A stretch of 63,964 nucleotides of DNA, filler included, from Lenisia limosa (GCA_001655205.1; 14 parts of 14 records of this genome joined end to end with filler, not necessarily neighbours in it), one strand, 5' to 3'. Positions 24,801 to 38,900 are shown, counted from the whole stretch's first letter. A program made the numbers and translations. The notes: generated by a model from the sequence alone, not told the origin.

Positions 24801-25430
24801 TAGTGCATTAGCTGAAAACTAAATATCCCCTCATTTCATCGTGTCCCCACGTTTCACTAACTGTGAATGCCACCAGAAGCAAAGAAATCATAAATCCTAA
24901 AAAGTATATGTAAACTCTCGCAAAATGATACAAGATTACATACACGCTGTACGTTTTTATTTTACGATTGTAGAAAGCAGTGCTTAAAAGTGATTCGCCT
25001 TGAGAAAAAAAAAGAAGACAACTCACAATATCCCACCAATGCAATAAAGAGGTTGGAGTCCTCCTTGAACAATCCTTGTCGTTTACTGCGAGAGCCTGTT
25101 AGGGAGGGGGGTAAATGTGGAATATTTAACAAACAAAAAAAGCCTAGGTCAACTCTGTTGGTTGACAACAACAAAAGGAAAAAAGCCCAGGCCAGNNNNN
25201 NNNNNNNNNNNNNNNNNNNNNNNNNNNNNNNNNNNNNNNTTAATTAATTAANNNNNNNNNNNNNNNNNNNNNNNNNNNNNNNNNNNNNNNNNNNNTTCCT
25301 CCCTATCGGGTAAAAAAAGGCGACGGCAGAATTCAAAAAAAAGCTAATTGTAGGCCATATTCGATGAAGAATATTGGAGTAAAGGTACTTATCACAAATT
25401 GAAGAGGCTGGAGCACTTACAAACATGAAA
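21840..25430 (-). CDS. Multi-exon protein with C-terminal TPR-like repeats; upstream exon structure unresolved
   Basis: Exons read DTLAAAEFNEAIELYTQALVACDVDHG (22200-22283) and LRPALLSNLSLAFAENGQGIE (22035-22100), both TPR-like. Assignment of the 23.1-25.4 kb exons is tentative. Confidence 0.45.
22284..22408 (-). mobile_element. Family B intronic element, near full length. Other copies: 3178-3281, 13387-13475, 15843-15971, 25096-25195, 46448-46478(+), 56183-56255, 57889-57977, 60771-61022, 62392-62478, 63126-63240(+), 63885-63964(+)
   Basis: Approximate sense consensus built by eye: GTGATGCGGTGCTGCAGAAGCGACTGGCCTGGGCTTTGTTTGTTTTGTTGTTATCAACCCTTGTGTGTTGTCAGCCAACAGAGTTGATTTAGGGCTTTTTGTTTCATAAATTTTCCAATTTTACTCCCCTCCC(C)AG. 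Confidence 0.88.
22906..23072. repeat. Minisatellite, 27 bp x6
   Basis: Unit CAAGGGCAAATTGGAACATCGGTATAG; one unit is 26 bp. Confidence 0.95.
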
Positions 25431-25539
25431 ACAACAGACAGAAAATTGACAAAAACGATAATATAACCACGACTTGATGGAGGGGTTAAAAAAAAGAGGG
25501 GTTACAAAACTAGCCGTGAGTAAACCCACTCTTCAACTC

Positions 25540-27353
25540 GACTGTAAGAAATAGTTGTGTTGTCCACCTCAGGTTCCCTGTACGCAGCTAGACCCTAAGA
25601 GGAGATATGAGAACAGCAGCTAACAAAACCTTATATCATGCACAGAATAAACCCCGTACCCGAGATCTTGGAGGTGTTGAGGCGGAGGTTAGGGCAGCCA
25701 AAATGAGGAAGGCTGGTGAGAGAAGAATACAGACCGCAACAACAAGAGTCCTGGAATAGGGTTATGTACGTAATTGTAAAACATACTTACAGCATCACAA
25801 AAATGAAAGGTATTCCCCCCCTACCACCACCCATAGATTGGACCCCATGAAAGATCTCCTTCCGAACCCTAAAGGCATTAAAGAGTTGAATTAACACTCA
25901 ACAACTCATGAATTGGACAGAGTGGTTCAACTATATCTGCCCTCCTTCCCCTTCTTACAAAGAAAGAGCTGTATTGGTTAACATCTGCAACGTATCTATC
26001 GTGAGAGTCGTGATAGTACAGTCCTGAGGGGGGGGGGGTCAAAAAAAAATGATGGTAATGAAGAAGATTGACGCCAGGCATCAGTACGGCTAACCAGAAG
26101 AGAAGTGGAGCCAGTAGTAGTAGCAAGTGAGACAACATAACACCCACGCCCCGATCACTGGGCCCTAAGGAGAGGTAATTGTATCAAAATATTGGTTGGA
26201 ATGGACAACAAAAAAAGCCAGCTTGTTTTTTGAACGTATAATTTAAAAATCTAGGGAAACAAATAAACACATAGGACCCTCAGCTTGTAAGGGTGGAGGG
26301 GTTGGAAGTCTGGACTTGTCGGGAATGTTTTTCTTCACTATTTTTTTTTTTAAAAAAAATTATCTTTGTGGGGTTTTTTTTTTTCTTACCAAAATCAGCA
26401 CTAAAAAGAGAAAAAAAAAAATATGATTTGAATCTCGGGACATACATAAACACGCTCAATTAAGTCAATGGGAAAGCGTGTGGAAGGCAGGGATGAGATA
26501 CTTTGTAAAAAAATAGAAACGGATGTGGCCCCATGGCCTCGACCCATATTTGCACTGAATTGAATTGGGATCCTTTTTAAGATAAATAGGAAGGCTGTCC
26601 AGCGTTGAATATGGAGATGGTATGGGATGACCGCTTACATATTTCCACTTGGGGTCTTGACCCTTTTCAAAATACTTGTCTAGAGTGTTAGAACTTTAGA
26701 CCAGAGAGTAAGCATGTGACACTCTGAGAAAACGACCTCCATGACGAAAGGTCGTTAATTTAAGAACTGAGTCTCCCCAGTGCTCACTATTCTTGCCTCC
26801 TGCCAATGCGGACAGGATTAGGAAGGCCGCAAATGCCAACAGCATTGCAATCAACATCATTATAATCAGGCACTACATTCAATAAGTCAATAAGTATAGA
26901 ACCTTAGAAATCAAAATAAGCCCCGGTGTGGTAAAATCAAAACTATGGCAACCTACCACTCCAAGAAACATAAGTGACCCTCTGACAAAAACTGTGTCAA
27001 CAACGTCACTGTCTGCATAATGAGTCCCCATGTCAAAATGAATTGGTCCCGAGAAAGAGTAAACCGAGAAACCAGTCAAAATGAATGAATCTATCGCTCA
27101 ACGCTAACAAAGAAACAGAATAGATGACAGATGCCCAGTACCAAGAGTTTCTCTTGCAATCAGGAGCCAATACGTGTACGTTCTGACTGCAGTTGGATTC
27201 TCAGATGATCCGGCATTCTTTCTGACAACGGAGTACCATGGAACTGTATCAAATGTTACAAAGCATATATGCGGTAAAGAACTTACGGAAGAAGCAAACG
27301 ACAATGAGAAGTGAGAAGAGCAGAGCAGCATAAGCTCCAATTTTTGACTTCAT
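25540..27353 (-). CDS. Predicted membrane or secreted protein(s) of unknown function
   Basis: ATG at 27353 gives MKSKIGAYAALLFSLLIVVCFF|LPWYSVVRK (signal or anchor helix). Further hydrophobic segments MMLIAMLLAFAAFLILSALAGG (about 26800-26860) and RTLVVAVCILLSPAFLILAAL (about 25700-25755). Confidence 0.4.
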
Positions 27354-27729
27354 TCTCACTGGACACTGGCCTTAATGAATCTTCAATCTCAACCAACTAT
27401 CTCTATTATCTACTATCTACTTATAATCCTCTTATAATCGGAAGGAAGAGGGGAGAGACGAGCAGGAGACGAGAACCAAACGAGAACCCTGCGAGAACCC
27501 TGCGAGAACCTAAACTTTTTTGTTTTTTGCATTTGTGGTGCGGAGCCGGGCCATTCTGGACTTTATGTTTTTGCCCCCCTTTTGCTCTTTTCTGAGTTAT
27601 AAACAAACACCAATCAACCAAAAATCAATTGCCAGGTAATACCAGTTGTGTAGCTCATAGCACTGCTGTTACCTCATACCTCTTGGTTGAAAGTAACCAC
27701 CTTCAAGAAAGCCATAGTTGTACTTCAGC

Positions 27730-30700
27730 ATGGCTTACCCTGCTTCTATTCAGTATAATAAAGCCACTGCTGATCCTAATGTAAGCTTCTCCAACAGACT
27801 GTTTCCCCTTTTGTGTTTCCTTATTTGGTGTATCAAATGCTGATGGTTCAGGATCCGCTGCGTGGGTTCTTTGCCCTTCCGCAATACCGCAGCATGATTG
27901 AAAACCCATCTTCATCGAATTGGCCCTTTGCGGAGTCTACTTTTACGTTCCATCCCGTTCAGCAGGAGCTCTTCAAACTTTCAAAGAGAATGCAGCAGAA
28001 GAAAGTCTCCCAAATTATTNNNNNNNNNNNNNNNNNNNNNNNNNNNNNNNNNNNNNNNNNNNNNNNNNNNNNNNNNNNNNNNNNNNNNNNNNNNNNNNNN
28101 NNNNNNNNNNNNNNNNNNNNNNNNNNNNNNNNNNNNNNNNNNNNNNNNNNNNNNNNNNTTTGGTTTAAAAATGGGGTGGCTCTTTCAAAAAAAGTCTGTA
28201 GTAATATGAATCCCATTTGACACCAACCTTTCATGGTCTTAATTGCATCTGGGGTAACTGTGTTTAGTGGAGTTGAGGTTCATGTATGAATCACGTTCGC
28301 TGAATCTCTTCCGTCCCACACCGCGAACCCTTGCTGACGACTCCGCCGCCGCTGCAGTGAGTGGAGAAGTCTGGTCTTTGAATGAAGGCTCAATATGTGC
28401 TCAAGATGAATATTTCAGTTTTCTTCATCAACCAGGTGCTGGCCATGCTGGACCTTAATCCCTTGATTCACGACCAATTGTCTTCAATAAACATCATCTT
28501 AGCATATTGGAACGTTATCAAGAGACCCCTTCCTGAAAGTATCAACCATAAAGTACGCGCGGGTTTGCTTTGTCAAAATCAATTGCACAGCAGAAGCCGT
28601 GTTTTCTGTTTATTACACACCAGGGAGGTTCGCAGTACAAACTCTTCACTTCCCAACCGCCAGTGTCAATTGTCCCTAGAGAAAAGGCCTTCCCTATCTT
28701 TAGTGCCTTGTAAGCCGTTTCATTTTCTCAGAGGATTCTGATGATTTAGCCTTGAACATAATGCTGACCTTGTCTGGACTACCCGCCCCGCAGGAATCCC
28801 GGCTGCAATCCAGACTCTACTGTCCAAATATGATAACCCCATTGAAGCACTCGCAGCGTTTAATGGTGCTATTAGAAAGGAGTTCAATCTTCATGGAGGT
28901 CTGCTTAATCTTTGATTTCATTAGTATTTATTCTTTCACCCATACTAAGTGTGGTTGAGAGAAATACATATTTCTACTCCGCAAACTCTATAATCTTTTA
29001 TTTGTGATGTGCAGAACTAAATTGATATTGAAATTTATTTGAACTATTAGTGACCAGTGTGATGGAGCATCGGCCTGTTAGCTACTCCATGAAGGTTTGG
29101 ATAAACCAAGTGTTGTCATGTACACATTCCTCTACTTATAATTGTCCCAGTTTGGTCTCTCACCTTTTGACAACGTTGGGAAGGTCTTCGATCTTGATAT
29201 GGCAGATTTGGGAGAAAAGGTTTGGGGGGGGGGGGTACTCATTCGGTTCACTGAATACGATGTACTTCTGTTTGATACTACCTTAAGTTGCTTCTCATTT
29301 CTGCATATGTTGGAAGGATAAGTGGATAAGGCAGGTTTGACTATTTAGACCACATATGATGTTATTCGTAAGGCCCTGAAGGACGCAACTCGGAGCATCC
29401 CTGACGGACTTAAAACAGTGGGAGCTCCTTCTTCATTCAAACTCTAATGTTACCTGAGTATCGAGGCCAGGATTCTTTTTTATTGAAATCGTCTTTCACA
29501 CAAACTTGCGTCTGGACACAACACCATACGAATATATGTTTTATGAATGCAGATCCAACTGGCCCCGGACTGCGCAGTGATTTGCTTCATAAACAACGAC
29601 AAAGAAGTGGGGAAGGGCTCAAAGTTTACGCTGCATGGTTTTTGTTCCCCCTCCCCCCAGTGCATGAATAGGAATTTATCTTTCGTCCAGACATTTTCTC
29701 TTGTCTATTATTATATTTTAAAATGGGTCTACCTTTTTCACAACTCAGATTCCTCTTCCCCGAGAATTCACCCATATCCTTGAAAATGGCGATCGTCTCT
29801 GCTACCAACTCGTCAACAGTAGGACTTGTCACCAATTGCTACCTATTGCTATCGTAAATTGATTACTTAGCCGCTGTTGCTGTTCCCAAAAGAGAGGAGT
29901 CCAGCAACCCAGGTTCAAGGGATAACTGCATTAAAGGATAACCTCAAATATGCTATTGATAACGTTTATCAGATTCCTCACTAATTGGTTAGTGTTCCAA
30001 AGCCCTTACCAGGAGGTCTTGACGCGTAATTCGCAAAGACGTGTCAGAAGAGCTCGTCACAGCGCCCTTATCAAGTGAGAAAAGGGAGTGTGTTGATTGC
30101 CTTTTAGAACATTTTTTCATTTGTTCCAGACTGGCCAATTCTGTCAATGAAGAAATTATTTCGCGTAACAAGGTTGGAAAAGACCCCGATTACCCTTGCA
30201 CAGCGCATTAATCCTCCTCGCAACTTACCCCCAGGCTGCCCTTGCCACTTACGAGGCCGAAGTCGGTAATTACGAGGCGGTCATCGTGGAAAACGCTCTC
30301 AGAACAGTTTGTTTGTTGACAAGGGGATTTGTTATTTTCAGTAGTAATTACCATTGTATTCAATTTGATTTTGTTTTTTCTCTTGTGATTTCTGGTTACT
30401 CAACAGATGAAAAACAAGGAAGCTATTCCGGAGCCAGAATTTCCTGTTGTCTCTGTGGAACCTGAAGTATGCTGAGGCTGTCACTGGTGCCCTGTTGAAC
30501 AGTGCCTTTAACTCTCAATCAGGTGTTCATCCCTGACGATGCCGAAATTAGCGATGACGAGGAGCTCCCCGATATCCCAAGGAAACCACTCTCCGAGGTC
30601 AGACAAACCACAACTTTAACCCGTTCAGATTATGACCCAAAGTCGCGCCACCAAGTCCTTCGCTACAATCATTCTCGAGACTGCTCCGTGCAAATCTTTC

Positions 30701-31482
30701 TCTCTCAGCTACACCTACACTGGACGAACCCTGATCACTTCGGCTGGAGGCTGCAAGCCTTACTCCGGCAGAGTACGAAATGTTGCAATACTCCTTTTCT
30801 TACCTCATCCCAGATATCAGTTCATGAGCTCCGAGCAAACGCCCAAATTGCTACTTACAGACTTCAAGTTGACAACGTTGGGGGGGGGGGCATAAAAGCC
30901 ATTGGTCTTGATGATGTTATTATGCTGTGTTGGAAGAATGGATGAATGGTAACATGCTTAGAAATGTGCCTACTATAGCCGACCCACAACCGTGCCCAGC
31001 AACTGGGAAGACGACATCAATGAGGCCAAACTAGCAAAGTCCAGAGAAGCGAAGTGGGTGGATTGTTTGGTTACAAATGAGAAGGTGAAATACTATTTAA
31101 GCTCAATCAACTTATAAACATGGTGTGAACGGCTTCGACGACTCCTTTAAATTTCCCATTTCTACATAGTATGTATACTATATAATACTACATATAATAT
31201 ATTATATATATATATCATATATAGTACATATGAAATAATGGTCCGTTTTTTGAACACTAAGCCCGCAGGAACAACGCTCTCAGTCGGGAGGAACTCAAAG
31301 CAAAGGAGGCTCGCGTCCAAAGGTTAGCTTCACTTCCCTTCCATTGCCCTTCACTTTACAGATTTGCTGACAAAAAGCTGAACCTGGAGTCCCAGACCCG
31401 TTCTTTCAACGATGAAGCTCCCAAAGGTCCCGAAGACGTCTCAGAGGAGAAATGGAACGAGATCATCGAAACTACTGACTAG
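27730..31482 (+). CDS. Intron-rich protein of unknown function (about 20 short exons)
   Basis: Consistent chain of AG..GT-bounded open exons: MAYPASIQYNKATADPN; FGLSPFDNVGKVFDLDMADLGEK; IPLPREFTHILENGDRLCYQLVN; VFIPDDAEISDDEELPDIPRKPLSE; final FADKKLNLESQ...EIIETTD-TAG. No family recognised. Confidence 0.6.
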
Positions 31483-31618
31483 ACCCCCCCACCCTACCGT
31501 TTTATATTTCATTATTTTGATGATCTTGATGATCTTGAATGTTTCACTTAAATCTCGTACCACTGAAAAACGTGTATCCATATCCTCATATATTTAGCAT
31601 TAACTAGAGTCGTTGGAC

Positions 31619-33977
31619 TTAGTTTGAAACAGAGTTGAGTATCTTCATGGTCAATTCAAACGCGTAGAAGCAAGCAGCGTTTGCTGAATGTCGTGAGAAA
31701 AATGCAAGGTAAAAGCAGCAAGCAAACCTGGGAAGGACCTGAGCATGGCTGGTTTGATTCCTGCGTAGAGTCCCTTAATTCCGTGCTGTTTCAAAATTTG
31801 CCTAAATAGTCAGGTGGTATAATCAGAATAAAAGAGTCAACTCTAAGATATAGTGTTAGAAAGGGCGCCCCTCACGCATAACAGTCAAACATGCCAGAGT
31901 AGGTCCCAACAGCTGATGTCTGAAGCCGAGTCTTTGCTGCCGCATGAGAAACAAAGTTAACCACAACGTTGTACATGCAAAGTCGACAATACCATACCAA
32001 TATCAATGGGAAGAATGACAAGCCAAGCAACAATGCCGACAAGGCCTCCAGCAATAAGTCCCCGGCCTGGTGACAGTTGGCCCTAACACAAGAATTAGAA
32101 GTCAATTTGAGACTAAGATTGACTTGTTGCCAGAAAGAAGGAGAAACTGGGAATCTTCTCACAAACCTTTTGTTCTTTTGGCGTAAGCATTCTCTTGATG
32201 ATTTCATAAGCACCGAAGTAAACTGCTCTCCTAGGGGAACAATGCATGAGAGAGATAGTATAATAAGTATGAGGAGATAGTACTCTTTTCTGAGCCTTCA
32301 CAAGAGCATCGTCTGCCCACATACCCAGGAATATCACGATAGAGGGTAATGAGAAGTCCTCTGTACAGTCCAGGGAAGCCTTCAGACTAAGTGGTGAGAT
32401 TCCTAAAGCACACGCTTTACCCCCCCCCCCCCANNNNNNNNNNNNNNNNNNNNNNNNNNNNNNNNNNNNNNNNNNNNNNNNNNNNNNNNNNNNNNNNNNN
32501 NNNNNNNNNNNNNNNNNNNNNAAGGTGAACCAAATACGCAACCTATTTTCAACAACAAATATTTTTACTAATTAATAGTCCCTTTGGCTACTTGCATTTT
32601 GTTTTTGAGGAGTTCAATGGGTACAATGAGAGACGTTGACGCAGCACCTGTGATGGCTCCTGTTTAATTAATGAGTTCATGAAAATCAGCAAAACGACCT
32701 GTTTAAATTGATGAGTTCAACACAAAGACCTGTTTAATTAATGAGTTCACGACAATCACAAAGACCAATAGCCGACCTGCACCCATTAGAGTGGAGATAT
32801 TGAAGACGCCTTCTCTTTTACCATGCAGGGTCTATAGGTGTTAATGACTCGTCTTCTTCCTCCGCACCTTCCTAGCCCATCCGTTGACTGCGAAGCAAAA
32901 GGCGTACAACGCTCCTGCACCAAGAACCGGGCTCAAGACGCCTCGGTACAGCGCCATAAACTGGGTTACGATGAGACATGCCCAAAACAAGGTTTTATTG
33001 TGGTTGTCAAAAAACAGTATATCGATATATGTCCCAAAAGATGGTGGGAGTAGTGTTATTTTGTGAAACGAAGCCAAAGTGGCAACTAACCAGCACATTC
33101 CAAGTCCCCTCTCACGCCTTCAGATTTGCATGTTTTAGAAAAGCAATCAAAGGCGCCTCTGAACATTGGTGCTTCTCCGGCAGCTGGGGCGGGCATGGCC
33201 TGGAGACGGACTTTGATGGTGTCTGGAAAATAGGCAAAGGTCAAGGAATCCCTCGAAAACTTCGAGTAGGAACCATATGATGATAACATTATGAGTAATG
33301 AGCAATGAGTAAGTTAACTGATGAGAAAATTAATCTATAAGAAAACCCCGTGGTTTTTTTCCTGGGAGTGGTGTTCTGACTTTTTTTAAAAGAAGTTTTC
33401 CAGAACAGAAAACCAGAAAACTCCGAGTAACAAAAGGAAGACTGCAACGTGGAAAAAAAAAAAACGAGGGGGAATTCGAATGGAAAACACTGGAGTCGGG
33501 ATTTTCCCACTTTCCATAAGTTTTCCTGAAAAATACATTATTTTTCTGGAAAAGTTTTTCCACTCAACAAACCAAGAGGGTGGCCAGCGACAGTCAACGC
33601 AATCCCTGTGCGGTTAGGCTTGTGAAGAGATTCGAAACACAATCCTGCTTTAGATACAGGAAACAGGAAAACAATGTAAAGGAGGAATAAATAATGTGAG
33701 TGAAAAGGGCCAATCATAGTGATCAACGTCAGTTCAAAGGATAGGTGAGAAAAGTTAAAATAAGCCGAACGCGTACCTCCAACGGTACCGGCAATAAAGT
33801 TCTTCCACATAGGTGGCGCTCCTGTCAAGATTAAGTTAATGCAAAATGGTATATTCTGAATTAATATCATCCAAGCTTTTCAAAAACTTGAAAAACCATA
33901 ATTTATGATTATGAGTCAAGAAAAGAATGACACTGAACTTCAAACTTACACATACCATTCTTTGTGGGGGGAGCCAT
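31619..33977 (-). CDS. Mitochondrial carrier family (SLC25) protein, carnitine/acylcarnitine- or ornithine-carrier-like
   Basis: [23 protein letters not shown]...[12 protein letters not shown]...[17 protein letters not shown]...[11 protein letters not shown]...LPIDIAKTRLQT...GIKGLYAG...[23 protein letters not shown]. PxDxxKxRLQ signatures present. Confidence 0.93.
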
Positions 33978-34191
33978 TGATTGAAAATATCAAGGAATTG
34001 AGACGCTCCCGGTATAAAAAGTTCTTTGATTATTTTTTGATGAAGAAAAAAAAGAAGAAGAGGTGAAGAGAGGAAAGAGAGGGGCGTGGGCAAAGCAAAA
34101 AAAGGAAAAGGGATATAAATACCACAGAAGATGACTGTATTTAAGAAAAAAAAAAGAAAAAAAAAATCGACCCAATAATTGATTATTCATA

Positions 34192-35568
34192 ATGAAGGTC
34201 TTCTTTTTAACTCTTCTTCTCGTTGGACTGACATTTGCGGTTGCCCCTTTCAAAGGTCGCAGAGGTGCTGGTAAAGAGATGGAACAACTCACCTGGACCA
34301 CAGAACTTCTCCGTGAAGGTGAACTTTCGGTTGGTTGTGAGTTTTTTTTTTCATTGCTCTAGACTCCCCATTTCCTCTCCAACCCCTCTTACAAGCCTCT
34401 TGTTGGAGAAGTTGACCCTACTGTTATCATCAACACCGCCAAGGAGGTCTGGAAGTTTATTGAAGACAACAAGCCTGTCGTCCACACCAACTCCACCTAT
34501 GTACGCCTTGGAAAGACCAATATATTCAATTATTACCTGTATTGGGGGAATAGTTACAATCCTGGCCTCGTTTTGCGGATAGATTCGATTGTCAATTCAA
34601 TTCAAGTGCTTCCATCATGTAATAGGCCGACGGAATCCCCAAGGGCATCACCAGCTGGGATCAGCTCGAAAACTGGTCTCGTCCCAAGCACCAAACTTGG
34701 TTGATCAAGGCTACCAACACCTTCGGCATGGAGATCCTCCACTTCGAGTTTACCATCCAATTTGTTTACGGTGAGGGTGGTGGTAGTTGCTCGGTGATGG
34801 TGGTGGTAGTTGCTCGGTGATGGTGATGGTTTTGATTTGTTCTGTTTTTTGCCGGGTGTTATGCCATGTTCACCTCTACAGGCGGAAGCTACAACGGAAC
34901 TGGCAAGTACATCACAGACGCCACCATCCTCATGAGCCGTCTTGAGGTTACCTGTGAGGGGCGGCAGGTGAATTCGTGTAGATTATCGGGTTCGTTTCCG
35001 TCGACTCACGGCTTGCAGGGGGCTTCACCTTTGATGCTGACGTTTCCGTTTCCAAGGTCCACAACAGAGGCACCAAGGTATGTCGCCCTTATCGTTTTAG
35101 CAGTACCTGGAATTGCTTTTTAACCAATTCAGGCCGAGCCCATTGCCTCCATGACCATCAACCTCCACCACACCCTCGACTCCACTGTCAAGCACATTGA
35201 GGTTGGCTCTCATCATGAGACTGTTTATGCAAGCACGTAGGATCGTTTACCCGTTGGAATTTTCTGGAAGAAATTGGATAACTCTATCTGCGTCTTTTGT
35301 TGAAGACGGGTTTTATGCTAATTAGATAAATAAATAAGGCTAACGTTATAGAATCCGTGTCCAAAAAGTCGTGTAAGTCTAGTTAGACGTATTTACAAAT
35401 AGTATATATAGCTCTTCTTTATATATAAAGCGAGTTTCTGAGAAGAAAATCGTGTTTTTTTGCATAAACACTCTCTGAAGAGTTTATTTGCAACTACTGA
35501 CCCCCTCCCCCCAGGGCACCGAGTCTTTCTACCTTGACGGTGAAGGCAACATGGAGAACGCTAACTAG
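34192..35568 (+). CDS. Small secreted protein (about 220 aa) of unknown function
   Basis: Signal peptide MKVFFLTLLLVGLTFA. Spliced exons read IINTAKEVWKFIEDNKPVVHTNST...SWDQLENW...TNTFGMEILHFEFTIQFVYGGSYNGTGKYITDATI...VTWGFTFDADVSVSKVHNRGTKAEPIASM...KHIEGTESFYLDGEGNMENAN-TAG. Confidence 0.8.
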
Positions 35569-35996
35569 ATGTGGTGTGGACCGAGCGTTAAGTCGCAAGG
35601 TACCGTTAAATACACCCTTTCCCCCACTTGTGGTACTGTTATTCTTCCGCCTAGCTAAGCTACATTCATTATTATTTTATAATCTGTTTGATAGGAGAAG
35701 GGGCCGTTTTGGTACTCGAATTTTACGTATATTTGCGAAACAAGTGTTAAAAGAAAATTAAAAATTTTGAAGTACTCAAGAGGAGGTACTTAAGAATTCG
35801 TAAATACGCAATTTTTGGAGGCTCCTAGCTGTAGTATATGATATCTACTCCGTGAAGCCTACAACTTCACAGTTTCAACTCGAGCATGAAATCAGCATCA
35901 GTAAATACATGGAAAATACAACAGCAACACGAGACGGCCTGATTATTCCTTCTTTTTCGGTTTTGCTTGACGACAGTTGTCGGTTTAGTCGTCATA

Positions 35997-38900
35997 CTAA
36001 ATCATAAAGGGACATGCCCTGAATTGGCCTACATCATCATTATCCGGGCCTGAGGTTGCAAGACGCAGTTCTTTCTCGTCTACAAGAACGCCCAATAAAT
36101 CGCGACGCTCATGTGCTGACATAACTACAGAATAAGACCATGAGACCAACGTCGAGAGTCTCACCAGTCCAAAGGCCTATACGCCACACGCCCTTGGTAG
36201 TGGCTGTCACGCCTGAATCGCGCGCGTCAAGGGCTGCATCAAATTCTGGGGGAAGGGATGGGAAATTGCAATTGACAGAATACCCCCTATATTGGAACAC
36301 TCATGCCAAATAGAAACGCAGAGGAAAGAGGCCCACCCTTGAGTTTAACCTGAATCTCAGCGCGGTGTTTCCTCTCCAAACGGCTGCAGTCGGCTGGCAG
36401 GTCCGGAATGTCATCAGAGGGTCTGTGGTGACGCAGTTAAGACAGGAGAAAACTAGCACTATTCAGCTGGAAGGAAACCATCGCCCAAACCCGAAACCCT
36501 TCAACCTACCGGTCAGGAATGGGGAGTATGTCAGTGGACTTGGGGTCGGGTCCCCAGCCGGACGGGCGGAGAGCCTGCAGCCACAGCGATCTAACAGCAT
36601 AACATTGAGGAAGGGTAAAAATTAAAAATATCAACCTGCTTGACCATACTATTCAAGAGTATGCCATTATATTTCATAGGATGGACCCCCCTCCAACCTG
36701 CTCCATGGACAGGCGTGCACGCCACGCCAGAAGACTCGCGCAGCAAGCTTCGGCCGTCCTCTTGCTACACCGTCATGGAGAAATATGAAATAAAAAAAGG
36801 TTTCGGGTCAAATCACTAAAGGTAGACCCACCAAGAAGGTACTGGAGATAGAACATCCAAATGGACGGCACGTTTCTAACCGGCGAGTTAGGCGTAACGG
36901 CTCTCTCCATAAGTGCTGCGAGAAGGTCAGAATAGCATCTTGAACTTTACAAGAAAAACTCCAAATTTGGAACAACACAACATATTGCTTTCACAGATGC
37001 CAAGCCTTCTCGTACATCTGATGCGTTGGAATGACCCAGCGTTCGGAGCCAGCAGTTCAGCACGCGCGGCAGCGAGCCACACCATCGCTGACGAACTTGG
37101 CTGCAGGGCATCATGGTCGCGAAGACAGTAGGGGAAATTGAGGAATGAGCAACAGCATGCCTACGTGTTTGAGATGCGTGACGTTGTCGAAGTGTTTATG
37201 GACCCGGGCCTGGATGCGGTGTTTGGCCTCAACGGCTGTGAAAATGGCTAGGACGGACGGGGTGGCGGGGAACAGTTCTAGAATGGTTGGAGGACACAAA
37301 ATAAGAAGAGTGAATCTTTTCAGGTCAAGTCAATTTAATCATGTTCCATCCTCACGTAAAGTGTCAGAAATGATCTGCTGGAGGACCTTCGGCTGGACGT
37401 CAGTCTCTTCAATCAGGCTTCGCGAATACAGAAGATGACACGCTTCAACATAGATCTGCTGCAGGCCTAATGTGCTGGATGGGGGGTGAGAATTTAAAAA
37501 TTCGAATTGTGTGGGGGAGGGGGGAAGGAAATATTACTAAGCAAAGCAATGAATGATGAACGTTCCTACTCTCAGCTATTGTGGAGACTCCCCCCCCCAA
37601 CCGAGTTGATCCGAGCCCCGAAGTGAGGAGGAATAGAGCCTGCGGCACCTCAGCAGGACCCCTCAGAAGGAAGGCCAAAAGAACGTAAGCCCGGCCGTAT
37701 GCGATGCGCAGCGGGGCTGGCATGATGGTGCTTGACGCAAACTCAAGAAGAACCTACTCAATGTCAGAGCTATTGTCTGTTGAAAAATAAATGGTTGAAT
37801 AAAAAAATCGGTAAAAAATGGTCTGAAACCTTCACCCCCATCCACCTCTTCGGCTTCACTGCAGATTTTGAGGCCGTCCACGTCCCTTCGCGGCATTGTG
37901 ACGCCGCGGTTGTATTGAGAGTTCCATTCAGTTTGCTCGGCAATACAGACCAAATGCGAAACTACCAGGTCAGTTTCAAGAAACCGTTTGCTTATGCATG
38001 ATTCCACCCCCTCACTTGCAGTGTTTCTCAAGAGCTGTGGAGCATTGATGGCAGCGAAGGCGGCAGTAACATGCAAGATCGGAAGAATTCTGTGGGGTGA
38101 TGATACTGCCAATCAAAACTAAGAATACTGTGCGGTGTTGAGCCACCCACTCACGCTTGCTCCTGCTCTGGGAACTCCTTGGAGCATTTAATAGCGTTCT
38201 CTACGACTCTTCGACCCTCGTCATACTGGCCATCCCGGAACTAATAAGTTAAAAAACCACACTTGCAACCAAATTATTGCGTTCCATTTCCAAGTACCCC
38301 CCCCCCCACAAGAGCCTGTGCGAAGGCCGTCCAGAGCAGCGTCGATGACGGCGAGGCTTTCAGGAAGCCTTTATAAGCCTTCAGTCCTACAGCATTATAG
38401 GACAACAATCAGGGGAGGTGCAGCAGCTCAAGAGTAGTGAGTCACCTTTTTTTGGACCCGCAGTTGCCCATTCGATATCGGCTTGAAGCGTCTGCAGTCC
38501 AATGTGACCGGGAAGCATGGACGATACCTGAGAGGGATCAGGGCGACAAAATGAGGTACACTCTACCTGGTTCATTGTTCTTTTGGCCGCCTTCATGTTG
38601 TCGATGTTCTCAGGTGGGAGGTAGGAGCCAAGGGGGTTGAACGAGGGTCTAATGAGTGAGGAAGGAATGGCGAAGTGGCGGGCTTACTTTGACATGATGG
38701 GATCAAGCTGTTTCTTTGAGTATCTTGCCTCGGAAGCACTGCAGTATGAGAAGTTTGGCAACGGAATAATGTTTGTAGAGAACAATCAAAGAGTGTTTGA
38801 ACTCCTCCCTTGAACCGGTCAAGAAGTACGTCCAGGGACATGGAGTCACAAAAGGCCCAATCTGGCACCAGTCCGTCATCCGTACCTATTACAGTCAAGA

